Shown here piece by piece: positions 1-8,475 of a stretch of DNA of 64,000 nt. The DNA is from Sphaerochaetaceae bacterium (GTDB taxonomy: Bacteria; Spirochaetota; Spirochaetia; Sphaerochaetales; Sphaerochaetaceae): NCBI GenBank assembly GCA_050950025.1, contig JBMNGW010000009.1, positions 10,145 through 74,144 of the forward strand, written 5' to 3'. A program made the translations under genes and the position numbers. How positions within the stretch are numbered: position 1 is the stretch's first letter; each line of letters begins with the position of its first letter. The notes below the pieces were generated by a model that was not told the DNA's origin, searched no databases, and saw only the letters and a list, made by a program, of their open reading frames with translations.

Positions 1-682
1 CAAAGGGGAGCCCTGTTCTTCCCATTCCGCTTTGAATCTCATCGCATATCAACAATAAGTTGTGTTTTTCACACAGTTGGGTAAGAGCATCCCAGTACGA
101 CTGAGGCCCTTGATGAATACCCCCTTCCCCTTGAATAACTTCCACCATAATGGCACAGGTATCTTCAGTAATAGCATGCTCTAAAGCCTGCAAATCGCCA
201 AAGGGGACAAAGTCAAAGCCCCCAAGCATTGGCCCAAAAGAGCTTTGATACTTAGTTTGGCCTGTGGCGCTTAAAGAGCCGTAGGTTCTGCCGTGAAAGC
301 TGTGCTCCATACAGATAATCTGATTTTTCTGTTGCCCATACTTACGGGCAATTTTAATGGCAGCTTCATTGGCTTCAGTCCCGCTATTGCAAAAAAAGAC
401 TTTAGACAACTGTGTTAGCTCAACAATTCGTTTGGCCGCTTTGATGGCGTACGGGTTCCAATACAAGTTGGACACATGCACCACCCCCTGATCAAGGACT
501 TTTTTTAAAGCAGCAAGATACCCCTTATGGCCGTAGCCCAAAGCATTGGTAGCAATTCCTCCCACCAAATCAAGGTAGCCCTTATGTTGATCATCATACA
601 AAGTCCGCCCCTCTCCTTTAACAAACACAAGAGGAAATTGGGCATACGTATTTAAAAAAACAGCTTTACCTTGTTCTATCAT
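1..682 (-). CDS. argD: acetylornithine aminotransferase, N-terminal part (gene runs off the left edge)
   Basis: Reverse translation from ATG (682-680) gives MIEQGKAVFLNTYAQFPLVFVKGEGRTLYDDQHKGYLDLVGGIATNALGYGH..., typical of class-III PLP aminotransferases. AGGAGA RBS lies upstream. It is last in the argC-argJ-argB-argD run on the same strand. It is absent from the ORF track because it is truncated. Confidence 0.85.
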   Translation of the reverse strand, partial: MIEQGKAVFLNTYAQFPLVFVKGEGRTLYDDQHKGYLDLVGGIATNALGYGHKGYLAALKKVLDQGVVHVSNLYWNPYAIKAAKRIVELTQLSKVFFCNSGTEANEAAIKIARKYGQQKNQIICMEHSFHGRTYGSLSATGQTKYQSSFGPMLGGFDFVPFGDLQALEHAITEDTCAIMVEVIQGEGGIHQGPQSYWDALTQLCEKHNLLLICDEIQSGMGRTGLPF

Positions 683-692
683 AGGTGTTCTC

Positions 693-1556
693 CTAGCGGG
701 TCATCATCGTGCCGATGCCTTCATTGGTGAAAATTTCCAACAACATCGAATGGGGAATTCTCCCATCGAGAATGTGAACACTTTCCACCCCTTTTCTAAT
801 ACCGTCCATGCAGCATTGGGTTTTGGGAATCATTCCGCCACTGATTGTTCCATCAGCAATGTAGCGCTCTGCCTCAGCAAGGCTCAGCTGGCTGAGAATG
901 GAAGCAGGATCATCTTTGTCGGCCAAGATACCCTCCACATCGGTCAAAAAGACCAGCTTTTGCGCATTAAGAGCCCCGGCAAGAGCACTGGCAGCATAAT
1001 CGGCATTGATGTTGTAGGTGTTACCACTGTAATCGGTACCAATCGGAGCAACAACGGGCACAAAATCGGCTTTCATCAACGAGTCGAGCAAATCGGTGTT
1101 AACTTTCACCACCTCCCCAACAAATCCCAAATCTTTGCCTCCGGCTAGTTTTTTTCTGGCAATCAAGGTATCACCGTCTTTACCGTTAATTCCCACGGCC
1201 TGAATCCCTTGTCCCTGCAAACTTTGCACCAATTCTTTGGAAATAGAGCCGGAAAGGACCATTTCGGCAATATGGGCTGTCTCGGCATCAGTGACGCGTA
1301 ACCCATCGACAAAATCGCTCTCTTTACCCAATTTTTGCATTAAAGTAGTAATTGAATTTCCCCCGCCATGGACAACTATGGGCCTCATACCGATTCTTTT
1401 CATCATGGCGATGTCTTGGATGATGGACTTTTTCATCTGCTCATCGACCATGGCACTGCCGCCGTACTTAATGACGACCGTTGAGCCGGCAAACCTTCTG
1501 ATATACGGTAGAGCCTCAATTAAAACTTCTGCTTTTTGTATGACATTTTCCATCAT
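693..1556 (-). CDS. argB: acetylglutamate kinase
   Basis: 287-aa ORF with VVIKYGGSAM and VHGGG amino-acid-kinase motifs. Lies in the arg operon. Confidence 0.93.
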   Translation of the reverse strand: MMENVIQKAEVLIEALPYIRRFAGSTVVIKYGGSAMVDEQMKKSIIQDIAMMKRIGMRPIVVHGGGNSITTLMQKLGKESDFVDGLRVTDAETAHIAEMVLSGSISKELVQSLQGQGIQAVGINGKDGDTLIARKKLAGGKDLGFVGEVVKVNTDLLDSLMKADFVPVVAPIGTDYSGNTYNINADYAASALAGALNAQKLVFLTDVEGILADKDDPASILSQLSLAEAERYIADGTISGGMIPKTQCCMDGIRKGVESVHILDGRIPHSMLLEIFTNEGIGTMMTR

Positions 1557-2776
1557 TAACTTCTATATTCTCCATTTATTCTTACATACTCATACGATAA
1601 ATCGCAGCCCCAGGCTGTTGCTTCCCCTGGACCATCTCCGACAACTGCCTCTACTTGAACCACTTTTTGTGTGAGTATCTTTTTGGCCAAATCTTCGTTG
1701 AAAGCAACCGGGACCCCTTTATCTAAAACAACTATCATCCCCGCTTCACTGATATACGCTAAAGATACGCTCTGGGGGTCAAAGTTCGCTCCCGAGTACC
1801 CCATGGCACACAAAAGGCGTCCCCAGTTGGCATCCGCGCCAAAAAAGGCCGTTTTCACTAAGCTGCTGGAAATAGCACTGCGAGCCATCAGCCGAGCATC
1901 TTCTTTTGAGGGGGCCCCTTTGACATGCATCTCAATAAATATGCCTGCCCCCTCACCATCTTTAACAATGCTTTTGGCCAAAGCGGTGTGGACAAACAAA
2001 AAAGCCTCTTCAAACACAGATCGTTGAGGATGATTTTCATCTATAACAGACGTACCGCTAGTCCCGTTGGCTAAAACCAACACCGTATCGTTGGTACTGG
2101 TATCGCCATCGACGCTAATCATATTGTAGGAATCAACAACAGTGCTTTTTAACAGGCTTTGCAAATACGATTGCTTTACAGCCGCATCGGTGGTAATAAA
2201 CGCAAGCATCGTAGCCATATTGGGGTGTATCATTCCCGATCCTTTAGCCATCCCCCCAATTCGCACAGTTTTGCCCTCCAACTCTATTTCCAAAGCCACC
2301 TCTTTAATAAAGGTATCGGTTGTGCAAATGGCTGCAGCTGCTTCACTGGCCGCTTCAACGCTGCTTTGACAATCGGCTAAAGCAGCGGCTATCCCTTTTT
2401 CAATGATTGGCATCGGTAGCGGCACACCAATAACCCCTGTGGAGCAGACCAACACTTGTGTTGGTGCAATCTGTAAGTGGTCTCCCACCAATTCGGCCAT
2501 TTTTTGACAATCAGCATACCCTTGGGTACCGGTGCACGCATTGGCATTGCCGCTGTTGGTTACTAGAGCTTTCACCTTTTGTCCGGAGGCGACAATCTGT
2601 TGGTCCCACACCACAGGAGCCGCTTTTACGACATTGGTGGTAAATGAGCCGGCAACAGTTGCGTCATGGGAGCTGATGAGGACCATAAGATCTTTATTTT
2701 TGCGCTTTAAACCGGCAGCAGTCGATCCGACTGTAAACCCTTTTGCTGCAGTAATTCCACCTGTAATCTGTTTCAT
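1556..2776 (-). CDS. argJ: bifunctional ornithine acetyltransferase / N-acetylglutamate synthase
   Basis: 406-aa ORF with ArgJ-like sequence, including the autoprocessing region MLAFITTDA and the C-terminal YVRINGEYRS. 1-nt overlap with argB. Confidence 0.93.
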   Translation of the reverse strand: MKQITGGITAAKGFTVGSTAAGLKRKNKDLMVLISSHDATVAGSFTTNVVKAAPVVWDQQIVASGQKVKALVTNSGNANACTGTQGYADCQKMAELVGDHLQIAPTQVLVCSTGVIGVPLPMPIIEKGIAAALADCQSSVEAASEAAAAICTTDTFIKEVALEIELEGKTVRIGGMAKGSGMIHPNMATMLAFITTDAAVKQSYLQSLLKSTVVDSYNMISVDGDTSTNDTVLVLANGTSGTSVIDENHPQRSVFEEAFLFVHTALAKSIVKDGEGAGIFIEMHVKGAPSKEDARLMARSAISSSLVKTAFFGADANWGRLLCAMGYSGANFDPQSVSLAYISEAGMIVVLDKGVPVAFNEDLAKKILTQKVVQVEAVVGDGPGEATAWGCDLSYEYVRINGEYRS

Positions 2777-2784
2777 ACACTCTC

Positions 2785-3843
2785 CTACAACGGGAAGGGG
2801 GCAATCATATCGATTCCTGCCGACTCGGCAAATCCCAAAGCAATATTCATATTCTGCACAGCCTGCCCCGCAGCCCCTTTGACTAAGTTATCTAAAGCTC
2901 CGCAGGCAATCAGGCGATTTGTTCTCTTATCGACTGTAAAGCCGATATCAACATAGTTAGAACTTTTTACCCAACGTGTTTGGGGGAAAACTCCCGGTTC
3001 AAGCATCCTAATAAACTGCTCTTTGTCATAATGCTTCTTATAACTGGCCTCAATCTCTGACAGACCGACCCCTTCTTGCAAATTGGCATACACAGTGGCC
3101 AAAATTCCTCTGTTCATCGGCACCAAATGGGGAGTAAATTGGAGAACCACATCTTTAATCGACTTTCCGTGTGTTAAAGAGAGGGCCAATTGTTCTTCAA
3201 TTTCCACAGTGTGGCGATGGGTTCCCACCGCATAGGCCTTCAATGTTTCATTTACTTCGCAATACAGTGAATCGAGCTTCTCTCCCCTTCCTGCTCCCGA
3301 AACTCCGCTTTTAGCATCAATGATGATGCCTTTACTCTCAATTAGCCTGTCATAAAGTAGCGGATGGAGCGTTAAAATAGCGGTGGTGGTGTAACATCCT
3401 GGATTGGCAATTAACCGAGAAGCGGCAATGTCACTGCGATACAGCTCTGACAGACCATAAACAGCTTGGTTTAGTAATTGCGCAGAGCCGTGGGAGGTGT
3501 TATACCACTGTTCATACACTGCCACATCTTTCAATCGATAATCGGCTCCCAAATCAATAATCAGACATTTTTTTAGAATCTCGCTATTGAGCTGGTGGCT
3601 CGAAATACCATGAGGTAATGAAAGAAAAAGTACATCGCAACGATCTGCCATCTGAGCTATGTCGGCAGAGTCGAGCTGTTGATGATATATTTTACCAAAA
3701 TTAGGATAGACACTCTGATAGGGCGAGCCTGCATGACTGTGAGAGCCGCACAGTATGCTTTGAATGTTTGGATGGGCCACCAGCAGGCGCATAAGTTCGC
3801 TTCCTGCATAGCCGGTTGCTCCAATAACTCCAACTGTAATCAT
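2785..3843 (-). CDS. argC: N-acetyl-gamma-glutamyl-phosphate reductase
   Basis: The ORF track starts at 3930, but the family-typical N-terminus MITVGVIGATGYAGSEL begins at ATG 3843. Active-site region NPGCYTT is present. Confidence 0.9.
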   Translation of the reverse strand: MITVGVIGATGYAGSELMRLLVAHPNIQSILCGSHSHAGSPYQSVYPNFGKIYHQQLDSADIAQMADRCDVLFLSLPHGISSHQLNSEILKKCLIIDLGADYRLKDVAVYEQWYNTSHGSAQLLNQAVYGLSELYRSDIAASRLIANPGCYTTTAILTLHPLLYDRLIESKGIIIDAKSGVSGAGRGEKLDSLYCEVNETLKAYAVGTHRHTVEIEEQLALSLTHGKSIKDVVLQFTPHLVPMNRGILATVYANLQEGVGLSEIEASYKKHYDKEQFIRMLEPGVFPQTRWVKSSNYVDIGFTVDKRTNRLIACGALDNLVKGAAGQAVQNMNIALGFAESAGIDMIAPFPL

Positions 3844-4027
3844 GTGTTTATCTCCCTTATACTCGTATTTACTGTATATATATTCATTTTCTTTTTTTGT
3901 ATACCCATTTTCATGCATATTTATGCACAAATAGCCTTTTTGTTCCCGTTATACGCTAAAAAGAGATTTCAAGTCAACCATTTGTCGCATTTGCAACATA
4001 AATAGATGGGACAGGGCCCCTTTTTTA

Positions 4028-4501
4028 GTGTATGATGCCGCTATGAGAAGAGAAGACAGAGCACAAAGTGAAGCTTTTGCCCGCCGCATCTTTGATGAAG
4101 CGGAGTACGGAGTATTATCCCTCGTTGACCAAGATAATCGACCCTACAGCATCCCTGTTTCTCCCGCTATTGAGGGTAACACTATCTACATCCACTCCGC
4201 AGTTGCGGGAAAGAAATTGGACCTTATTGCATCCAACAATTACGTAAGTGTCACCTGTGTGGGAACAACTAAGCTCCTTCCTGCTGAATTTGCCACCTTG
4301 TATGAATCGGCAACAGCGTTTGGTAAAGCTAAAATAGTCACCGACGATGCTGCCAAACGCCAGGGATTAATGGTTATCGCCCGCAAATACTCGCCCGAGT
4401 ACACAGAAGAAGCCCAACAATACATCACCAAAAAAAATGCTCTTGTAACCCTGATTCAAATTGAAATAGAAACCCTGAGTGCCAAAGCACGCCTAATATA
4501 A
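4028..4501 (+). CDS. pyridoxamine 5'-phosphate oxidase family protein, Nim-like (nitroimidazole-reductase family)
   Basis: 157-aa ORF collinear with the NimA architecture (MRRxxR..., PYxIPVS, IYxHSAxxGxKxD, KYSP). The start could be the internal Met at 4043. Confidence 0.7.
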   Translation: MYDAAMRREDRAQSEAFARRIFDEAEYGVLSLVDQDNRPYSIPVSPAIEGNTIYIHSAVAGKKLDLIASNNYVSVTCVGTTKLLPAEFATLYESATAFGKAKIVTDDAAKRQGLMVIARKYSPEYTEEAQQYITKKNALVTLIQIEIETLSAKARLI

Positions 4502-4512
4502 GAGGTATACCC

Positions 4513-4815
4513 ATGATTGAGAATGTTTATACATTTAGTACAGAAGAGTTAACGCACGTTGAGCGAATTGTCCAACAAGAAAATCTGAGAATAAACCATT
4601 TGAGTTTGGCAGTAGGAGATGCTGTGGATCCTCATCCCACACCCGAAGCTGCCCACATGATTGTTACCAGCGGCACCTTAGCGTTAAAACTCAACGATCA
4701 AGAGCAAAAACACTATCCCGCCGGATCGATTATCGGCATCCCGGCTAACACCATGCTCCACATTGCCAATGGCGGGAATAAGGCGATGCATCTCTTTGTC
4801 ATCAAGACTGAATAA
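4513..4815 (+). CDS. cupin domain protein
   Basis: 100-aa ORF of small beta-barrel size with a G-x5-HxH-like region (DPHPTPEAAHMIV) and GSIIGIPANTMLHIAN. RBS-like GAGG lies upstream. Confidence 0.6.
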   Translation: MIENVYTFSTEELTHVERIVQQENLRINHLSLAVGDAVDPHPTPEAAHMIVTSGTLALKLNDQEQKHYPAGSIIGIPANTMLHIANGGNKAMHLFVIKTE

Positions 4816-5032
4816 GGAGTCTTGCAATTGCAACAAAACAGAGGAGTATCTGTTGCATGAGTTTCTATTTGCACCAAATGACCCTCTGAATTGTTGCATT
4901 TTTGACAAAAATCGGATATACGTCCTGCATGAAGATGTTGCGAGGTTCACGTGATTAACCAGTGCGTCCAGCCTTTTGCCGGCTTAAGGTGCCGGCTTGC
5001 CTTTGCGCACATCTTTAACGTGAGCAAAAAGG

Positions 5033-5068
5033 AGCATTCTGCCTCAGTGCGGAGTGCTCTTTTTATTT
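5033..5068 (+). terminator. intrinsic terminator-like hairpin in the purL leader (possible attenuator or expression platform)
   Basis: agcattctg (5033-5041) pairs with cggagtgct (5050-5058) as a 9-bp stem including G-U pairs, with an 8-nt loop. It is followed by CTTTTTATTTTA and ends 22 nt before the purL ATG. Confidence 0.6.
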
Positions 5069-5090
5069 TATCGTCCAAAGGGAGACTCTT

Positions 5091-7400
5091 ATGGAAGGAA
5101 CAACCCGCTTTGACATTCAGTCGATGACTGATCAACAAATCGAACAACTAATGGGGCAGCTTAACGTCGGCCTTTCTGTCTCTGAAGCCAGAGACCTGCA
5201 AAATCGTATTCTTGGTCGCAGTCCCACATTAGCCGAGCTAATTTTGTTCGGTATTGAAGGCTCGGAACACTGTTCGTACAAAAGCAGTCGCCCCTACCTC
5301 AAACTTTTCCCCACCGACGGAGCTGATGTTATCATCGGAGCCAAAGAAGATGCCGGGATTGTCCGCATCTGTTCAGACAACCAAGGCAACGGTTATGGTG
5401 TTGTCGTGAGCCACGAAAGTCACAACCACCCCTCCCAACTTGTCCCTTACGAAGGGGCTGCCACCGGTATTGGGGGAAACATTCGTGATGTCTGTTGTAT
5501 GGGAGGCTCTGTGATTGCCGTCGGCGGTGATTTTCGCTTTGGTAATCTAGATATTCCATACAACCGTTATTTAGCCGACCAAGTCGCAGAAGGAGTTGCT
5601 GGGTATGCTAATCCCACCGGAGTTCCCGTTATTGCAGCTAATGTGCAGTTTGACCCTTCGTATAATGATAACTGCTTGGTAACAGCCGTCACATTGGGCA
5701 TTGTGCGAGAAAAGGAGATTATCCACTCCTATGCTCCATCCAATGCTGATGGGTATGATTTAATTTTAGTGGGCAAGAGCACTGATAACAGCGGTTTTGG
5801 CGGAGCAAGTTTTGCCAGTTTCGATATCTCTTTGGCCGATGAACATGTGAATAAAGGGGCCAACCAAGAACCCAATGCATTTTTGGGACGACTGTTGATG
5901 CGCGCAACTGATGAGCTGGTAGCTCTCCTTAGTGCCAAAGGTTTAATTGATCAAGTTGCCTGCAAAGATTTGGGAGCAGGCGGCATCGCCTGTGCCACGG
6001 TGGAGTTGGCTGAGGGGGGAGGCTACGGAGCTTTTGTTAATGTCGATTTAGTTCACAAAGCCAGCGATGAGCATCCCCCGTATGTAATTCTTTGCTCCGA
6101 AACGCAAGAGCGGTATCTGTGGGCGGCACCTAAGACCATTACCCCGTTGATTCTTGACCATTTCAACTCCACGTTTGCTTTGAGTGAAGTCTCCCATAAA
6201 GCTCAGGCAACTATCATCGGTCATATTACCAACTCGACTAACTATATTGTCGTTTCCGAAGGACAAGTACTCATTGATGCACCGGCAAGTGAAATCACCA
6301 AAGGCTTTTTGTACCACAGACCCTTAGGTGAGCCTCTTGCGCCTCAAGATGATCCAGTTTTGCCGCTTCCAACAGATTTGAAAAGCGTGTGGTTAGCTAT
6401 TTTGAGCCACCCCAATGTAGCTAGCAAAGAGGCTATTTACAACCGCTTTGATCGCCATGTGCAAGGTGATGTCATCCAACCTCTGGAATCTGCACAAGCA
6501 GGCATTATTACCCCCTTTAACAACCAAGAGTTTCCCCAGGAGATTCAGCAGGTGGGAGTAACTCTTAGCTGTAGTCAAAACCCCCGTTTTAACGCTATCG
6601 ATGCCTACCAAGGGGCCTATTTAGCAGTCTTACACTCTTTTGCCAATACGGCTGCCAGCGGAGCACAAGCGATTGCTATCAGCGACTGTCTTTGCTATGG
6701 GAATCCTGAAAATCCTGTTGCAATGCGACAGTTCGCCGACGGGGCTAAAGGGGTGGCCGATGCTGCTACCGATTTGGGTGTTCCGGTAATAGCAGGCAAT
6801 GTTTCGCTGTACAACGAATCTAAAGATTCGGCAATTGTTCCCAGCCCCATGATTGCTATGATTGGCAAATTTGACGATGTGCAAACAGCCTTACCGATGC
6901 AATTGCAGCAAGCTGGATCAACATTGCTCCTCATTGGCCAAATTGCAAACGAGTGCGGAGGAAGCATCTATTGGGACCTCTATGACAAAAGGGGAAGTTC
7001 CCTACCCCAAGCTAATGCTTCAGAGATGAAAAAAGCTGCCGCCGCCATTGCAAAATTGGCCGCAACAAAAAAGATTGCCAGCTGCCGCACCATTGCTGAA
7101 GGGGGCTTAGCTACTGCAGTAAGCCTCATGGCCTTTGGCTCAGAGTTTGGCTGTGCATTGAGCACTCAAGAAACTCTGCGCGATGATCAGTATCTCTTTA
7201 GCGAAAGTTTGGGCTTTATTGTGGAAGTGGAAGCTGAGCATCTGCAAACAGTTCAACAGGTTATAGAGCAAGCTAAGCTGCCGTACACCCATATCGGTAC
7301 AACAACTGCCAAGCAGAGCATTACTTATAAGGATATACATATTGACCTCATTGAAGCTCAAAGCCTCTATAACACCGCTTTGACGACAATGTTGCAGTAG
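5091..7400 (+). CDS. purL: phosphoribosylformylglycinamidine synthase subunit PurL (small PurL type)
   Basis: 769-aa ORF with EHCSYKSS, SHNHPS and duplicated AIRS/AIRS_C-like halves. GGAG RBS at 5081-5084. Confidence 0.93.
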   Translation: MEGTTRFDIQSMTDQQIEQLMGQLNVGLSVSEARDLQNRILGRSPTLAELILFGIEGSEHCSYKSSRPYLKLFPTDGADVIIGAKEDAGIVRICSDNQGNGYGVVVSHESHNHPSQLVPYEGAATGIGGNIRDVCCMGGSVIAVGGDFRFGNLDIPYNRYLADQVAEGVAGYANPTGVPVIAANVQFDPSYNDNCLVTAVTLGIVREKEIIHSYAPSNADGYDLILVGKSTDNSGFGGASFASFDISLADEHVNKGANQEPNAFLGRLLMRATDELVALLSAKGLIDQVACKDLGAGGIACATVELAEGGGYGAFVNVDLVHKASDEHPPYVILCSETQERYLWAAPKTITPLILDHFNSTFALSEVSHKAQATIIGHITNSTNYIVVSEGQVLIDAPASEITKGFLYHRPLGEPLAPQDDPVLPLPTDLKSVWLAILSHPNVASKEAIYNRFDRHVQGDVIQPLESAQAGIITPFNNQEFPQEIQQVGVTLSCSQNPRFNAIDAYQGAYLAVLHSFANTAASGAQAIAISDCLCYGNPENPVAMRQFADGAKGVADAATDLGVPVIAGNVSLYNESKDSAIVPSPMIAMIGKFDDVQTALPMQLQQAGSTLLLIGQIANECGGSIYWDLYDKRGSSLPQANASEMKKAAAAIAKLAATKKIASCRTIAEGGLATAVSLMAFGSEFGCALSTQETLRDDQYLFSESLGFIVEVEAEHLQTVQQVIEQAKLPYTHIGTTTAKQSITYKDIHIDLIEAQSLYNTALTTMLQ

Positions 7401-7410
7401 GAAGGGTCCC

Positions 7411-8475
7411 ATGAAGCAAGAAAAAAGCATCAGTTATAAAGATTCGGGAGTTGATATCACAGAAGGCAATTTGGCTGTAGAGCTGATGAAAGAGGCCGTG
7501 GCTTCCACCTATTCGCCCCGCGTCATCGCTCCTATTGGCAGTTTTGCCTCGATGTATGATATCAGTACCCTAGTCAAAGAGTATAAACATCCTGTGTTGG
7601 TCCAAAGTGTGGACGGAGTGGGCACCAAAGTCACGGTTGCCCGCATGGTTGGCGATTTCTCTACTATCGGAGAGGACCTCTTTTATGCCTGTGCCAACGA
7701 TATAGCGGTCCACGGAGCCAAGCCGTTGACCTTCCTTGATTATATTGCCAATGACGTACTTGATGCTCGTGTGGTCGCTAGCATTGTTAAAGGCATTGCC
7801 AAAGCCTGTGTTGAGTGCTCAACATCGTTAGTCGGTGGCGAAACAGCCGAAATGCCGGGAGTCTACTTAGCAGGTGAGCATGATTTAGTGGGACTGATTA
7901 CCGGCATAGTTGAAAAAGAGGATTTGATTCAAGGCCACAACGTCCAAAAAGGGAACGCTATTATTGGCATCGGATCTAGCGGTTTACACACCAACGGTTT
8001 TTCTTTGGCGCGCAAAATTTTGTTTGAGCACGGTAAACTGACAGTGGATCAACCGCTGTATACAGACCCCAGCCACACAATAGGAGCGGCTCTTTTAAAA
8101 CCGCATGCCAATTATATCAACGGCGTTCAAGAGCTTTTGGCTAAAGGGGCCCCCATTCTTTCAATGGCCCATATTACCGGCGGCGGCTTAGTGGAAAATG
8201 TACCGCGAGTTATTCCTCAAGGATTAAGCGCCCGTTTCTACCCTTCACGATGGAGCGCCCCGCCTATTTTCCAAGCCTTACAGCAGATTGGGAACGTCAA
8301 CTTTAGTGAAATGTACCGAACATTTAATATGGGAATCGGGCTCGTCATTATTGTGGAGCAAAGCGATAAAGAATCTGTTTTAAAGATGGCACAACAGGCC
8401 TTTAATCTTCCTGTGTGGGAAGTTGGCGAAATTGCGCAAGGAGAAAAAACATGGATCGAGGGGGTCACCGTATGA
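7411..8475 (+). CDS. purM: phosphoribosylformylglycinamidine cyclo-ligase (AIR synthetase)
   Basis: 354-aa ORF with SYKDSGVDI, DGVGTK and ITGGG motifs. Confidence 0.93.
   Translation: MKQEKSISYKDSGVDITEGNLAVELMKEAVASTYSPRVIAPIGSFASMYDISTLVKEYKHPVLVQSVDGVGTKVTVARMVGDFSTIGEDLFYACANDIAVHGAKPLTFLDYIANDVLDARVVASIVKGIAKACVECSTSLVGGETAEMPGVYLAGEHDLVGLITGIVEKEDLIQGHNVQKGNAIIGIGSSGLHTNGFSLARKILFEHGKLTVDQPLYTDPSHTIGAALLKPHANYINGVQELLAKGAPILSMAHITGGGLVENVPRVIPQGLSARFYPSRWSAPPIFQALQQIGNVNFSEMYRTFNMGIGLVIIVEQSDKESVLKMAQQAFNLPVWEVGEIAQGEKTWIEGVTV

Noticed and set aside
750-2882. Multiple plus-strand ORFs of 60-145 aa overlapping argB and argJ (e.g. 750-1148, 1237-1674, 1671-2027, 2532-2882).
   Set aside because: They are antisense shadows of strongly supported minus-strand genes. 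They have low-complexity, stop-free frames with no RBS and no recognisable motifs. The same reasoning applies to the many other antisense or alternate-frame ORFs in the track (e.g. 8634-9152, 13177-13509, 35464-35844, 38598-39047, 61958-62291).
4816-5090. Purine, ZTP (pfl) or PRPP/ykkC riboswitch in the purL leader.
   Set aside because: I looked for UAUGG / UUUCUACC / CCGUAAA (purine), GGGUCGUGAC...CCGCCUGGGC (ZTP) and GGGUUCCG...GGUCCGAGAG (ykkC). None is present. Only a generic structure plus terminator is reported.
8415-8471. Upstream extensions of ORF-track starts for purQ (8415), and similarly purC (9661), purD (12481), argC (3930), rlmN (48840), ychF (45211), bioY (56315) and nfnA (62839).
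   Set aside because: Family-typical N-termini, RBS positions and stop/start overlaps with upstream genes support the internal starts given in the feature list.
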